A stretch of 64,000 nt of DNA from Planctomycetota bacterium (GTDB lineage: Bacteria; Planctomycetota; B15-G4; JADJEK01), in NCBI GenBank assembly GCA_044225365.1, contig JBGAIQ010000019.1, positions 1 to 64,000 of the forward strand, given 5' to 3'. Below are positions 10,512 through 20,862 of the stretch, piece by piece. Position 1 is the first letter of the stretch. Each line of letters opens with the position of its first letter. Under the pieces are notes generated by a model. That model ran no database searches, was not told the origin of the DNA, and saw only the letters and a program-made list of their open reading frames with translations. A program made the position numbers and the translations under genes.

Positions 10512-11903
10512 ATGACGACTGCTACGACGAACGCGAGACTCCTTCCGCGCGGACCCGGCTCGCCGGGCGCGTGGCAGCTCCTGCGTTATTCGCAATCGCC
10601 CTTGCCGTTCCTCGAGGAGTGCTCGCGACGCTTCGGGGAGGCGTTCACGATGCGGTTTCCCGGTTACGGCAACCTCGTGATCCTGACGGATCCCGATTCG
10701 GTGCGCGACGTCTTCCGAGCCGACAACTTCGTCCTGCATTCGGGAGAAGGGAACGAGTTCCTCTCCGCCGCGGTGGGCAAGAACTCGGTGCTCGTCCTCG
10801 ACGGTGAACCGCACGCGCGTCAGCGCCGAACGCTCCTGCCTCCGCTGCGGGGAGAGCGCATGCGCGCATTCTTCGGCGCGATGACTGCGGCGACGCGACG
10901 AGCGGTGGCGTCCTGGCATCCCGGTGCGACGCTTCCCGCGCTGAAACCCATGCAGGACATCACGCTCGAAGTGATGCTGCGCGTCGTCCTTGGCATCGAA
11001 GGGCAGGCGGAGATCGATGTGTTCGCCGGCAAGGTGAATCGCGTGCTCGCGACGCTGCGCGCTCGACACGGACTCATCCTCGTGAAGCTGCTTCCGATCG
11101 ACGCCATCCAGCGCTCGAAGTTCCTGCCGTTCCAGCGCAGGATCGCTGAACTCGATGCGGCGATCTTCGGCGTCGTCGAGCGATTGCGGGCGTTGCCGAT
11201 CTCGGCGCGAGGTGACTCGATCGTCGCGCAGATGCTCGCGGGTAAGGACGAATCGGGCCAGGCGCCGACCGATCCGGAGATTCGCGACGCCGTGCTCACA
11301 GTGATCATCGCGGGTCATGACACGACGGCGATCGCGCTCGCCTGGGCGTTCGAGCAGATCGCCGCCCGTCCCGACGTCGCTTCGAGGATTCGTGAGGAAG
11401 TCGATTCGGTGATCGACGGCGGCGAGTTGCGCGAGGAACATCTCGATCGCTTGCCCTATCTCGACGCCGTCGTTCGGGAGTGTCTGCGGATTCGAACGGT
11501 GCTGCCCTTCGTCGTGCGACTCGTGAAGGAGCCCTTCACGGCGAACGGCATCGAGTACGCCGTGGGAACGCTGCTCTGTCCCTGCATGCATCTCGTGCAT
11601 CGCCGCGAGGACCTCTTTCCCGAGCCGCAGGTCTTTCGCCCAGAGCGATTCATCGAGCGGCGCTACGCGGCGCACGAGTACTTCCCGTTCGGCGGCGGAG
11701 GCCGCACCTGCCTCGGAATGGCGTTCGCCCTCTTCGAGATGAAGGTCGTGCTCGCGAGCGTGATCTCGCGCGCTGCGTTCGTCCGTCCCGAAGGGGTGCG
11801 GTCGGTTCCGGTGCGGCGGGGCATCGCGCTCGCGCCTCAGGATGGCGCGGTGATCCGGATCGTCGAGAATCGAGGAGTCGGATTCGGATGGGACCCGAAC
11901 TGA
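10512..11903 (+). CDS. Cytochrome P450
   Basis: AGHDTT I-helix, ECLR (ExxR), FRPERF, heme motif FPFGGGGRTCLG; ATG at 10512 within a longer ORF. Confidence 0.95.
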   Translation: MTTATTNARLLPRGPGSPGAWQLLRYSQSPLPFLEECSRRFGEAFTMRFPGYGNLVILTDPDSVRDVFRADNFVLHSGEGNEFLSAAVGKNSVLVLDGEPHARQRRTLLPPLRGERMRAFFGAMTAATRRAVASWHPGATLPALKPMQDITLEVMLRVVLGIEGQAEIDVFAGKVNRVLATLRARHGLILVKLLPIDAIQRSKFLPFQRRIAELDAAIFGVVERLRALPISARGDSIVAQMLAGKDESGQAPTDPEIRDAVLTVIIAGHDTTAIALAWAFEQIAARPDVASRIREEVDSVIDGGELREEHLDRLPYLDAVVRECLRIRTVLPFVVRLVKEPFTANGIEYAVGTLLCPCMHLVHRREDLFPEPQVFRPERFIERRYAAHEYFPFGGGGRTCLGMAFALFEMKVVLASVISRAAFVRPEGVRSVPVRRGIALAPQDGAVIRIVENRGVGFGWDPN

Positions 11904-12454
11904 AGACCGAACGCCTGCTCCTTCGCGATTGGCGGGACGAGGATGCCGCCGCCGCGTTCGAGATGTACAGCGATCCGGAGGTGCGTCGTTTCCTCGGGGA
12001 CGGTCGCTTCGCGCAGAGCATCGAGGAGATGAAGATCCAGCTCCGTTCGTGGCACGCGAAGTATGCGCAACCGGAGTTCGCGGGCATGCACTTCTGGGCC
12101 GTGGAAGTGCATGAAAAAGGAACCGATGCGGGAGAAGTCGTCGGCACCGCACTCGTGAAACCGATCCCGGGCGGCGACGGCGAGATCGAGATCGGCTGGC
12201 ACTTGATGCGCCGGCACTGGGGCAAGGGCTACGCGACCGAGTTCGCTCGCGCCCTCGTCGCCTACGCCTTCGACGTCTTGCTTCTCGACTTCGTCCTCGC
12301 GCTCGTCGCACCAGAGAACACGAAGTCCGCGGCCGTCACGGAGCGGCTCGGCATGGAGCGCGGGGAGCGAACGACGCGCTTCTACGGCATGGAGGCCGAT
12401 GTCTACCGGCTCGACGCCGCGACCTGGCGGGCGCGTGGATCAGCCGCTCGGTGA
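11888..12454 (+). CDS. GNAT N-acetyltransferase (RimJ/RimL type)
   Basis: LKTERLLLR, EIEIGW..HWGKGYATE, N..S..V.ERLGM. Confidence 0.9.
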   Translation: MGPELKTERLLLRDWRDEDAAAAFEMYSDPEVRRFLGDGRFAQSIEEMKIQLRSWHAKYAQPEFAGMHFWAVEVHEKGTDAGEVVGTALVKPIPGGDGEIEIGWHLMRRHWGKGYATEFARALVAYAFDVLLLDFVLALVAPENTKSAAVTERLGMERGERTTRFYGMEADVYRLDAATWRARGSAAR

Positions 12455-13858
12455 CGTGGAACGGGGCACCCGTTGCCCACGACGCGATGTGACCGCCACG
12501 ACGAGTGCGAGCGCCGTCAGCACCGCGAGCACGTAGAACGCGCGGTGCATCGTCGCGATGAACTCGATCGGATGCATCGTGACCGGATCGTTCTTCAGGT
12601 CGATCGAGATCAGGAGTGCGGTGATCAGCATGCCGCAGATCGTTCCGAGCGATCGCGCCTTGGCGCCGAGAGCCGACGCGATGCTCGCTTCCTCCGGCGG
12701 GACGCTGTTCATGATGAGCGCCATGTTGGGCGACGAGAACAAGGCGAAGCCGACTCCTTGGACGGCGACGACGAGTCCCACGGCCCAGCGACTCGATTCG
12801 GCGTGGAGGAGGAGGCCGAGAAGCGTTGCTGCGAGCACGCCGGCGACCCCGAACGCCGCGAGCGCCGTCTTGGAAGCGCGATCCGACAGCGAACCCGCGT
12901 AGGGCGCGACGATCGCCATCAGCACGGAGCCGAGCGCGATCACCTGCCCCGCGGCCTTCGCCGTATGACCGAGCGAGACCTGCGTGAACAGGTTCAGCAT
13001 GAAGATCGAGCAGAAGCCGTTCGAGTAGAGCAGGAACTGGATGAACAGCGAGCTGCGCAGCGGCAGATTCCTCATCATCGCATCGACATCGACGAGCGGC
13101 GAGTCGATCCTGCGCTGCAGGACGACGAACACGACGGCGAGCGCGATCCCCAGCGCGATGGCGGCGTAGCCTGCGACACCAAAGTGGAGGAACGACGTGC
13201 CGCCGACGAGCGCGACGACGGACGCGAGGACGAGCAGCGCGCTCGGTAGATGGATCGGCGGTTGTTCGGGTGCGACCCAGCGCGACGGCAATTTCCAGCG
13301 GACGAGGACGTAGGCGAGGAGCAGCATCGCGGCGCCGGCGTGGAACACCGCGCGCCACGAGAAGAAGTCGACGAGGTAACCCGCGACGACGGGCCCGAGC
13401 GTCAGACCGGCGTAGATGACTCCGATCGATGCTCCGTAGGCCCGTCCGCGCTGCGGCGCGGGAACGATCTCCGCCAGGATCGCGGGTCCGGTCACCGAGA
13501 AGGCGGCGGAGATCCCGCCCTGCAGGAATCGGAGCGCGAGGATGAGCGGTAGCGAATTCAGGCTCCCGATGAGGATGGCCGTGAGCGCGAAGCCGACGAG
13601 GCTCCACTTGTAGATCGTGCGCGTGTCGCTGGCATCCGCGAGCTTCCCGACGGGAAGGAGGAAGGCGAGCCCGCCGGCGAGGAAGAGCGTCTCGACGAGG
13701 CCGAGTGACGTCGCCCCGGCCGAGAGTTCCTTGCCGAGGGAGGGCAAACCGACCGCGACGCCGGAGAACATGAACGGCGCAGCGAACTGCGACGCGATGA
13801 TCGCGCGCACGAGGAGGCGATCGTCGCCGGGTGAGTGGGTCTCGGGAGTGTCAACCAT
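12440..13858 (-). CDS. MFS transporter (DHA2-like efflux)
   Basis: About 14 hydrophobic segments, GKLAD motif A, RFLQG, GP..GG..SWR..F. Confidence 0.9.
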   Translation of the reverse strand: MVDTPETHSPGDDRLLVRAIIASQFAAPFMFSGVAVGLPSLGKELSAGATSLGLVETLFLAGGLAFLLPVGKLADASDTRTIYKWSLVGFALTAILIGSLNSLPLILALRFLQGGISAAFSVTGPAILAEIVPAPQRGRAYGASIGVIYAGLTLGPVVAGYLVDFFSWRAVFHAGAAMLLLAYVLVRWKLPSRWVAPEQPPIHLPSALLVLASVVALVGGTSFLHFGVAGYAAIALGIALAVVFVVLQRRIDSPLVDVDAMMRNLPLRSSLFIQFLLYSNGFCSIFMLNLFTQVSLGHTAKAAGQVIALGSVLMAIVAPYAGSLSDRASKTALAAFGVAGVLAATLLGLLLHAESSRWAVGLVVAVQGVGFALFSSPNMALIMNSVPPEEASIASALGAKARSLGTICGMLITALLISIDLKNDPVTMHPIEFIATMHRAFYVLAVLTALALVVAVTSRRGQRVPRSTSPSG

Positions 13859-13936
13859 CGGATCCTGGGGATCGCTCGAAGCGAAGCGATGCTACACGGC
13901 CCGCTGGTGTTCTTTGAGACCTCCGCGATCCGATCT

Positions 13937-15259
13937 TCACCGCAAGGGCATCGATCGCCACCACAGCTCGGAGGCGTCGCGCGATCCGTACTCGATCCGA
14001 TCGCCCTTGAAGGCCGGTCTTCCGACCTCGTCATGAGGATCGCTGCGAAGCTCGCCGCAGACGATCGTCCATCCCGCGCTCGTCCGCGCGCAATACGCGA
14101 GGCGCTCGCCCTTCTCGTCCCACACGAGGTCGTGCACGTCCTGGAATCGCTCGTGTTCGACGAGTTCCGCGCCCGAACCGATGTCGCGGACGACGACGAA
14201 GCGCTCGCCGCCTTCGATCGAACCGGGGGCGCGCTCGCTCGCCGTTCCCCCGGCAAGTGCGATGAACGCGACTTTCTTCCCCGTCGGATCGAACGTGAGA
14301 TCGAGCACGTGTTCGAATGCGCCGGGAGGCGTTTTCTCGTCGTCGATCGCGACGGTCATGCCGCCGTTGCTCGAGGCGGCGTACGCGACGTGCTTTCCTT
14401 CGGCGTCGACGGTCGGGCTGGTCACGATCGCGAAGGCGCGTCCGACGCGCTTCTTCTGGAAGTAGAGCTCGGGTGCGTTCTCCTTCCGGGGCTCGAAGGA
14501 CGCTCCGTTCGGCGCGCTCGCAAGACGGACCACGGCGAGGGCCTGCCCATTGAGAGAGATCGCGAACGAATCGATGGCGGCGCACGGATCGGACGCCGCG
14601 GCTTCCTTGGTGCCCGCATCGATCACGACGACGCCCTTCGGCCCCTTCGCCGTGGTGAAGACGTGGACCCCATCTGTCGAGAAGCGGGGAGCTCGCGGGC
14701 CGCAGCGCGACCATTTCGAGCCGCGGCTCACGGTCCACGAGTCGCTGCCCGAGAGTGCCGCGATCGCGAGGAGATCCTTCTCGATCGGCGCGGGCGCATC
14801 GCTTCCCACCTTCGCTCCCGGCTGGGTCCAGTACGCGAGCTTCCTGCCGTCGGGGCTCGCGCCCACGGGTTGGATCCAATCCTCGGCGCCGAGCTTCTTG
14901 CCGTCGATCCACACCCAGAAACGCTGGGAGTCCTTCGATGCGTTCTTCACGACGACGAAGACGGCGCGATCGCCCGCGAACACGGGCGTCAGGACCCCGA
15001 CGTAGGGCTCGTGGACCGTGGATCCGACGATCGGGAACCACTGTTCGCCCTTGCGTCCGACGTAGGCCACCGCCTTTCCGTCGCCACGGAAGACGAGCGT
15101 GCTCTTCCACTCGGTGCTGCCGCGCTCGTCGCGAGGAACCAGATCGCTCGCGATCGTGATGCCGTCGGGGACGGTCGCGAGTTTCTCGTCGGCGTGCGAA
15201 GAGAGCGCGGTCGCGGCGACAATGGGTATCAGGACGCTTGCACAACGATGCCGCGGCAT
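13937..15259 (-). CDS. Secreted beta-propeller (TolB/WD40-like) hypothetical protein
   Basis: Signal peptide; repeated SPDGRKLAY, DAEGKHVAY, DPTGKKVAF, DEKGERLAY blades. Confidence 0.7.
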   Translation of the reverse strand: MPRHRCASVLIPIVAATALSSHADEKLATVPDGITIASDLVPRDERGSTEWKSTLVFRGDGKAVAYVGRKGEQWFPIVGSTVHEPYVGVLTPVFAGDRAVFVVVKNASKDSQRFWVWIDGKKLGAEDWIQPVGASPDGRKLAYWTQPGAKVGSDAPAPIEKDLLAIAALSGSDSWTVSRGSKWSRCGPRAPRFSTDGVHVFTTAKGPKGVVVIDAGTKEAAASDPCAAIDSFAISLNGQALAVVRLASAPNGASFEPRKENAPELYFQKKRVGRAFAIVTSPTVDAEGKHVAYAASSNGGMTVAIDDEKTPPGAFEHVLDLTFDPTGKKVAFIALAGGTASERAPGSIEGGERFVVVRDIGSGAELVEHERFQDVHDLVWDEKGERLAYCARTSAGWTIVCGELRSDPHDEVGRPAFKGDRIEYGSRDASELWWRSMPLR

Positions 15260-15359
15260 GGGTGGCTTCTCGCTCCTTCGTTCGAGTCCGGTGTCCAATC
15301 GTACCGCATCGATCGGATTTGCGGCGAATCGACGAAGCGATCGCGCGTAGGAAGCCGCC

Positions 15360-15551
15360 ATGATCCTCGCCTACGACGTCGTCACCATCGTCCGAGACAA
15401 TCAACAGGGCGCAGTCGGGTGGTTCACGCTCGCGCTGATCAACGCCGGCCTCGCCCAGGGGAAGAAGCGCAGCGGCTTCGCGTGGTTCCTGATCTCGCTG
15501 TTCCTGGGGCCGCTCGCGACCTTCCTCATCGTGATCCTCGATCGCGAGTGA
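15360..15551 (+). CDS. Small membrane protein
   Basis: GWFTLALINAGLAQGKKRSG..WFLISLFLGPLAT, a conserved two-TM small-protein pattern. Confidence 0.7.
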   Translation: MILAYDVVTIVRDNQQGAVGWFTLALINAGLAQGKKRSGFAWFLISLFLGPLATFLIVILDRE

Positions 15552-15649
15552 AGCACTCGTGCCATCGCGACGTTCGAAGCGTAGTCTTCGGGCGTCCCGG
15601 GCACGAACGGTTCGCGGCTCCGGGCATCGTCCGAGATGGGAGCCCGCGA

Positions 15650-16657
15650 ATGCTGCGACGAAACTCGCTTCGAATCGTCTTCATCACGATCCTCGGTTCC
15701 ACCGCGGTGGGCTGCGCGGGATTCTCAGCCAAGGTGTTCGGCGAGCCGGTCACGGGTTGGATCCGCACCAAGGACGGCAAGGACATCGAGGGCGAATTGT
15801 CGTCTGGTTCGCTCGCGTTCACGATCGACGGCAAGCCGCGAACGATCGGATTCGGCGAGCTCCTGTCGTACGAATCGGGTGATCCCGCCTCGGAGTGGGA
15901 GGGCGCGAAGATCGCGACCGACCTGGTGTCGATCGGCGGAGCCGACTTCAAACAGATCCAGGTGGCGGCGGAGGAGCTGTCGGAAATCGGACTCCCGGTC
16001 CTGACGCCCCTGCTGCGCAGCTACCAGGACACCGACGGCCACGAACCCGACTGGCGCTACCGCCTGTTCGCGCGAATCGTACCGGGCTACGCCGATCGCC
16101 AGGACCGTACGCTCGACCTCGTGCGCCTCGCGAACGGTGATGTCCTGCGCGGCAAAGTCACGGCTTCCGAGATCGTGATCCGCGGCGCGGACTCGAAGGA
16201 GGTCACGGTCTCCGGGAGTGCGATTCGGCGACTCGCGATCCTCCGCAAGAACGTCGAGCGCACGATCGATCTGCATGCGCTACGCGACAGCACGTATGTG
16301 AGCTACTGCGATTCCGGGATCCGGACGCGACCCAACACGCTCCTCTTCGCGGACGCTACGGGCTACGTGCGACTCTCGTTCGACGAAGACGGGTGGGCGA
16401 CCGATCCCGATGGGATCCATGATCCGTTGCCGGGCAAACGCAGGCTCCAAGAGGGATTCCGCTGGGGCTCCCTGCTCGGTCGGGTCGGCGTCGGGGGCGA
16501 GCGCTTCTTCGTCGGGACGCATCTCGAGAAGAACGATCTCGGAAGTGGCGCGCTCTACTTCTCGATCAACGACAACGAGCACTGGCAGAACAATGTCGGG
16601 AGCTTCCGCGTGAAGCTCGTCGCGACCAACGCGTACGACGTCGGCGATCCGCACTGA
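15650..16657 (+). CDS. Hypothetical lipoprotein with C-terminal lectin-like (PA-IL-like) domain
   Basis: Lipobox AVGC; C-terminal GSLLGRVG..F.VG...G.LYFSIND....NN.GSFRV pattern. Confidence 0.6.
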   Translation: MLRRNSLRIVFITILGSTAVGCAGFSAKVFGEPVTGWIRTKDGKDIEGELSSGSLAFTIDGKPRTIGFGELLSYESGDPASEWEGAKIATDLVSIGGADFKQIQVAAEELSEIGLPVLTPLLRSYQDTDGHEPDWRYRLFARIVPGYADRQDRTLDLVRLANGDVLRGKVTASEIVIRGADSKEVTVSGSAIRRLAILRKNVERTIDLHALRDSTYVSYCDSGIRTRPNTLLFADATGYVRLSFDEDGWATDPDGIHDPLPGKRRLQEGFRWGSLLGRVGVGGERFFVGTHLEKNDLGSGALYFSINDNEHWQNNVGSFRVKLVATNAYDVGDPH

Positions 16658-16786
16658 CCGCGACGAAAACTCCTCGCACAGCGTCACCTTCGCGGCATCG
16701 ACGCTATCTTCCAACGACTACACCGATTCGTAGACTCGTCCCGCCGAGTCCTTCTCGATCGGCATCGTCGAAGAAGAGGCGTCCTC

Positions 16787-19420
16787 ATGAGCGCGCAGCG
16801 GGTCCTTTCGAACATCGCATTCCTCGTCGTCCTTGCTGTTCTTCTCGACGCATGTCGCGAGAGTGGCGGCTCCAAGCCCTCCTCTTCGACGGATACTCCT
16901 CGGGTGGCGGAGCTGAACGCAGGAGGGGCGCCGACCGCGGCATCCGAACTTGGCACCCAAGCGCATCGCGATCGCGTGATGATGAGCGTCTCCTGCGCGG
17001 GATGTCATCCGGCGATCTACGCCGAGCACGAACTCAACACGCACGGCCGCGCCTTCCACGACGAGGAAGCGCGCCTCGCGACGCGCGACTTCCGGCGGGA
17101 CGACTGCGTGCGATGCCACACGCCGCGTCCGGTCTTCGAGACGGGCATCGGTCTCACGCCGATGCAACGCTGGACGGATCTGCAGGAGGGCAACACCTGC
17201 ATGTCCTGCCACTTCAAGGACGGGTACGACTACAGCCGGTTCGAGGGCGGCAAGGAGTGCACGCAGGCGTTCGATCCGCGCGTGGGTTCCGTCCAGGCCT
17301 GCGCGTCGTGTCATCGCATCGCGGGGACCCCCGATCAGTGGTCGCGAGCCGAGCGAGGTCAGAAGGCGGGCAAGGTCTGCCTCGACTGTCACATGAAGGA
17401 AGTCGAACGCCCGGTCGCGGTGGGTGAGCCGTCGCGCAAGGTGCGATCGCACGTCTTCCCGGCGTCGCGCTCCGAGGACCAACTGCGTCGCGCCTACGAA
17501 TACGAGGCGAAGATCGAAGGCAACGAGGTGGTCGTCAAGATCACGAATCGCGGAGCCGGCCACAACTTCCCGACCGCGACGCGCCAGCGAGCCGTCGAGT
17601 CGCTCGTCACGGTGCGCGATGTCGAGGGCAAGGTGATCGGCACCTCGCGTCTCGTCTGTCGTTATCCGTACGCTTCCGAGCTCGCGCCGGGCCAGCTCAC
17701 GATGCCGGTCGGCACTCAGATCCCGTCCGGCAAGACGAAGGAGCATCGCGTCCCGCTCCCCGTCGCGGGCGGCTCGGTCGAATGCGAGTTGTTCTTCAAG
17801 CTGTATCGCCCGATCGGCGATTTCGATCCGCAGCTATCGCGAAGGCTCGAGGACGAGCATCTCTACTTCGACGGCATCGCACCGAATCCGAACAAGATCG
17901 AGGACGCGCCGATCGTGGGATTCCCAGCCCCGCAGGCGGACATCCACGACTTCTTCGATCCGAACGGATACTCGAACGTCGCGCGGCCGGCGCCCAAGCC
18001 GGGACCGATCGAGATCCCGCAGGGCGACAGCGATGACGACATCGCGCGGCTCGTCTCCATGCTCGAGTTCCATCTCCCCGAGGCGCGGCGAATCGCGCGC
18101 GAACGGCTCGTCGCGATCGGCGCCAAGGCGTATCCGGCGCTCATCCAGGCATTGGGAGCATGGAGCAACGAGTCGTACAACGAGGCGATGGAGATCCTCG
18201 TCGCGATCGGCCCTCCGGCGGTGCCGTCGCTCGTCGTGGCGCTGAAGAGCGATCAGCTCTACATCCGCTGCCACTCTCGATTCGTGCTTGCTCGGATCGG
18301 TTTCCCCGCCGAGCCGAAGTCGCGAGAGGAGATGTTCGTCGCGATCGCGGACGGCCTCAGCCGTGAGAACGCGCTCGACCGCCGTAGCACCTCAAGCGCA
18401 CTCGGCGACCTGGCCGATCCGCGGGCCGTGCCGCTGCTGCTCCCGAGGCTCGACGATCCGGATTGGGACGTCGTCGCTGCCGCCGCGCGAAGCCTCGCTC
18501 GATTCGATGCGAAGGCGGCGATCCCGCAGCTCGAGGCGGTGCTCGCGCGCGCTACGTTCCCCGAATCGAAACACGATCTCGGACTCGCGCTTGCGCAACT
18601 CGGCGCAGCGAGCGGGATCGCGCCATTGCTCGACGGCATGGGCGCGAACGATCCCGTCGTTCGAGCGTCGTTCTTCGAGGCCTTCTACTCGGTGACGGGG
18701 CAGCATTTCGGCTACGACCCCGCGGCCCCGGACACCGAGCGACTGGAATCGCTCGCCAAGGCGAAGAGCTGGTGGGAGCAGCAGGCCGAGGCGCCGGCGC
18801 TCCATCGCGAAAGAGCGGTCGATGCAAAGAACGCGGCGCGAGCGCGAGAGATCGTGCTCGCGCTCGGCGGCGGCACCGATACCGAAGCGGGCGGCGACGA
18901 CGCTGCGCTCCTTCAGGAGATCACGAGCCTCGGGCAGGACGCGACGACCGCATTGATCGAGGGATTGACCTTTCCGTCGGGGTTCGTCGAGAAGCGCAAG
19001 CTCGTGTGTCAGGCACTCGGCGCGATCGGCGACAAGCGCGCCGCGCCGTTCGTGATGGCGGCGCTCCGCGATCCGTCGCTCGAGGTCGCGGCCGCGGCGT
19101 GCGAAGCTCTAGAGCGCGCGGGGGATCCGGACGTGTTGCCCGCCGTGCAGCGTTTCGCGGCGCGCGGACTCGCGCTGACGACGAATCCGAACACGGCGGC
19201 CACCGGCGAGCTGGGGGCCGCGACGGCCGCGCGCACGCGACTGATGCTCGGCGATCCGCGAGCACGCACGGATCTCGTGAACCTGCTGATGGCGGAGGAC
19301 GAAGGCGCTCGCGACGTCGCGATCACGGCGCTCGAGGACGTCTACGGCGAGCGTCGTGGTTACGACCCGAGCGCGAGCCGCCAGGACCGAATCGAGTCCG
19401 TGAAGGCGTGGCAACGCTGA
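16787..19420 (+). CDS. Multiheme c-type cytochrome fused to HEAT repeats (lipoprotein)
   Basis: Five CxxCH motifs (CAGCH, CVRCH, CMSCH, CASCH, CLDCH), AGHNFPT motif, C-terminal ALG.L.DPRAVP.L HEAT repeats. Confidence 0.85.
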   Translation: MSAQRVLSNIAFLVVLAVLLDACRESGGSKPSSSTDTPRVAELNAGGAPTAASELGTQAHRDRVMMSVSCAGCHPAIYAEHELNTHGRAFHDEEARLATRDFRRDDCVRCHTPRPVFETGIGLTPMQRWTDLQEGNTCMSCHFKDGYDYSRFEGGKECTQAFDPRVGSVQACASCHRIAGTPDQWSRAERGQKAGKVCLDCHMKEVERPVAVGEPSRKVRSHVFPASRSEDQLRRAYEYEAKIEGNEVVVKITNRGAGHNFPTATRQRAVESLVTVRDVEGKVIGTSRLVCRYPYASELAPGQLTMPVGTQIPSGKTKEHRVPLPVAGGSVECELFFKLYRPIGDFDPQLSRRLEDEHLYFDGIAPNPNKIEDAPIVGFPAPQADIHDFFDPNGYSNVARPAPKPGPIEIPQGDSDDDIARLVSMLEFHLPEARRIARERLVAIGAKAYPALIQALGAWSNESYNEAMEILVAIGPPAVPSLVVALKSDQLYIRCHSRFVLARIGFPAEPKSREEMFVAIADGLSRENALDRRSTSSALGDLADPRAVPLLLPRLDDPDWDVVAAAARSLARFDAKAAIPQLEAVLARATFPESKHDLGLALAQLGAASGIAPLLDGMGANDPVVRASFFEAFYSVTGQHFGYDPAAPDTERLESLAKAKSWWEQQAEAPALHRERAVDAKNAARAREIVLALGGGTDTEAGGDDAALLQEITSLGQDATTALIEGLTFPSGFVEKRKLVCQALGAIGDKRAAPFVMAALRDPSLEVAAAACEALERAGDPDVLPAVQRFAARGLALTTNPNTAATGELGAATAARTRLMLGDPRARTDLVNLLMAEDEGARDVAITALEDVYGERRGYDPSASRQDRIESVKAWQR

Positions 19421-19434
19421 CCATGACACGAGTC

Positions 19435-19516
19435 GTAGGGGGAAGACGGCTGTCTGCCCGTCTTGGCGCGCATGTTGTGAATCGCAGCGGCGGGCGCACA
19501 GCCTGTGCGCCCCTAC
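19435..19516. repeat. GTAG-type REP doublet
   Basis: GTAGGGGGAAGACGGCTGTCTGCCC ... GGGCGCACAGCCTGTGCGCCCCTAC in inverted orientation between convergent genes. Confidence 0.7.
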
Positions 19517-20151
19517 GCGGGGCAACGTTTCAGGGCGATCCCCGTCGCGATGAACCATGTCGCTTGCACCAGAACGATCGCACCGAGTCCGTGGACATCG
19601 AGACGGACGTGACCGCTGAGCAGCGCGAGGATCACGAGCGGTGACGTGAGGATTCCGAAGAGCGCGATTCCGCGGGCGAACGAGATCTTCCGCATGTCGA
19701 TCGACCAGAGCAGGATCGCGAGGCTCGTTGCGACGACGTGAATCCGCGCGAACACCTGATTCACGCGACCGCTGAAGTGCAGAACGATGTCCCAGGTTTC
19801 CTTCGCGGTGGCCGTCGCAGCGTCCATCTCGCGCACGAGACCGGGAGCGACGAATCCCGTGAAGACGGTCGCGCACATCGCGGCGATCGCGGCGAAGCCG
19901 AACGCGACGAGCGCAGGGATTCCAAGACGCCCGGAAGCACGTAGCCGATTCGTGAGGGCGAGGCCGCCGAGGAACAATGTGGCGAGTCCCAGATTCGCCA
20001 GGATGTGGGAGACGTAGGATCGCCGCGCCGCCGACTCGATCTGATCCATCGTCCCCGCGAGATCGTGCCCCGTCGGATGGAGGGCCATCGTCAACAGTAC
20101 GAGAGAAGAGCCGAGCAGGAGTGCGTAGCCGCCGCGTCGATCGTCGTTCAT
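19513..20151 (-). CDS. Hypothetical integral membrane protein
   Basis: About six TM helices, TMALHPTG motif; divergent from a TetR gene. Confidence 0.75.
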   Translation of the reverse strand: MNDDRRGGYALLLGSSLVLLTMALHPTGHDLAGTMDQIESAARRSYVSHILANLGLATLFLGGLALTNRLRASGRLGIPALVAFGFAAIAAMCATVFTGFVAPGLVREMDAATATAKETWDIVLHFSGRVNQVFARIHVVATSLAILLWSIDMRKISFARGIALFGILTSPLVILALLSGHVRLDVHGLGAIVLVQATWFIATGIALKRCPA

Positions 20152-20244
20152 CGCGGTAGAGTAGAAAGCGGTGTCCTCGCCGGCCGCGAAGCTGCGAGAG
20201 AAGGCGGAGAATTTCGTCCGCGAAATCGAACGAAGAGGTCTCGA

Positions 20245-20838
20245 ATGTCCGAAAACGCGGCGCGACCGACTCGGATCGACGCTCGCGTCCGCCGAACGCG
20301 CGACGCGCTCGGCGACGCGCTCGTCGCACTCATCCAGGAGAAACCGTTCGACTCGATCGCGGTGCAAGACGTGCTCGACCGCGCAGGCGTCTCCCGTTCG
20401 ACCTTCTATGCGCACTTCGAAAGCAAGGACGATCTCTTCGCAGCCGACGCGAAGGAGTTCCTCGACGCGATGGCGGTGCGTCTCTTCCGCACGAAGGAAG
20501 CGTCGAGTCGGATCTTTCCGGTACGCGAGCTCCTCGAGCATCTTCGCGAGATGCGCCGATTCCATGCCGCGCTCGTGGAATCGGGGAAGATCGAGGACGT
20601 CTTGCGACTGGCGCAGGATTCGTTCGCGAGAGGCATCGAGGAGCGGCTCACCCAGATCGAACGGATCTCGACGTCGCGAAAGAGCACGCCGGAAGGGCGT
20701 CCGTGGCTCGCGCAGGCCTTCGCGGGCGCGCTTCTCGCGCTCCTCACGAAGTGGCTCACCGACGACATGCCGCACGAACCGGCCTACATGGACGTACTCT
20801 TCCATCGAATGGTCCAAGTCGGGCTCGGTTCGCCGTAG
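20245..20838 (+). CDS. TetR/AcrR family transcriptional regulator
   Basis: DARVRRTR..L..AL..L...RAGVSRSTFYAHFESKDDL HTH. Confidence 0.92.
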   Translation: MSENAARPTRIDARVRRTRDALGDALVALIQEKPFDSIAVQDVLDRAGVSRSTFYAHFESKDDLFAADAKEFLDAMAVRLFRTKEASSRIFPVRELLEHLREMRRFHAALVESGKIEDVLRLAQDSFARGIEERLTQIERISTSRKSTPEGRPWLAQAFAGALLALLTKWLTDDMPHEPAYMDVLFHRMVQVGLGSP

Positions 20839-20862
20839 CGCGAGGGTGAGGAGAGCTCTCGT

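Noticed and set aside
8712-11903. 1063-aa P450 fusion ORF
   Set aside because: The first 600 codons are an off-frame shadow of the DUF3592 gene; the P450 starts at 10512
10512-12454. P450 plus GNAT as a biosynthetic cluster
   Set aside because: No precursor or scaffold-forming enzyme nearby, and 28 kb from the RiPP locus
13835-16657. 940-aa ORF
   Set aside because: The N-terminal part is antisense to the 13937-15259 gene; the coding part starts at 15650
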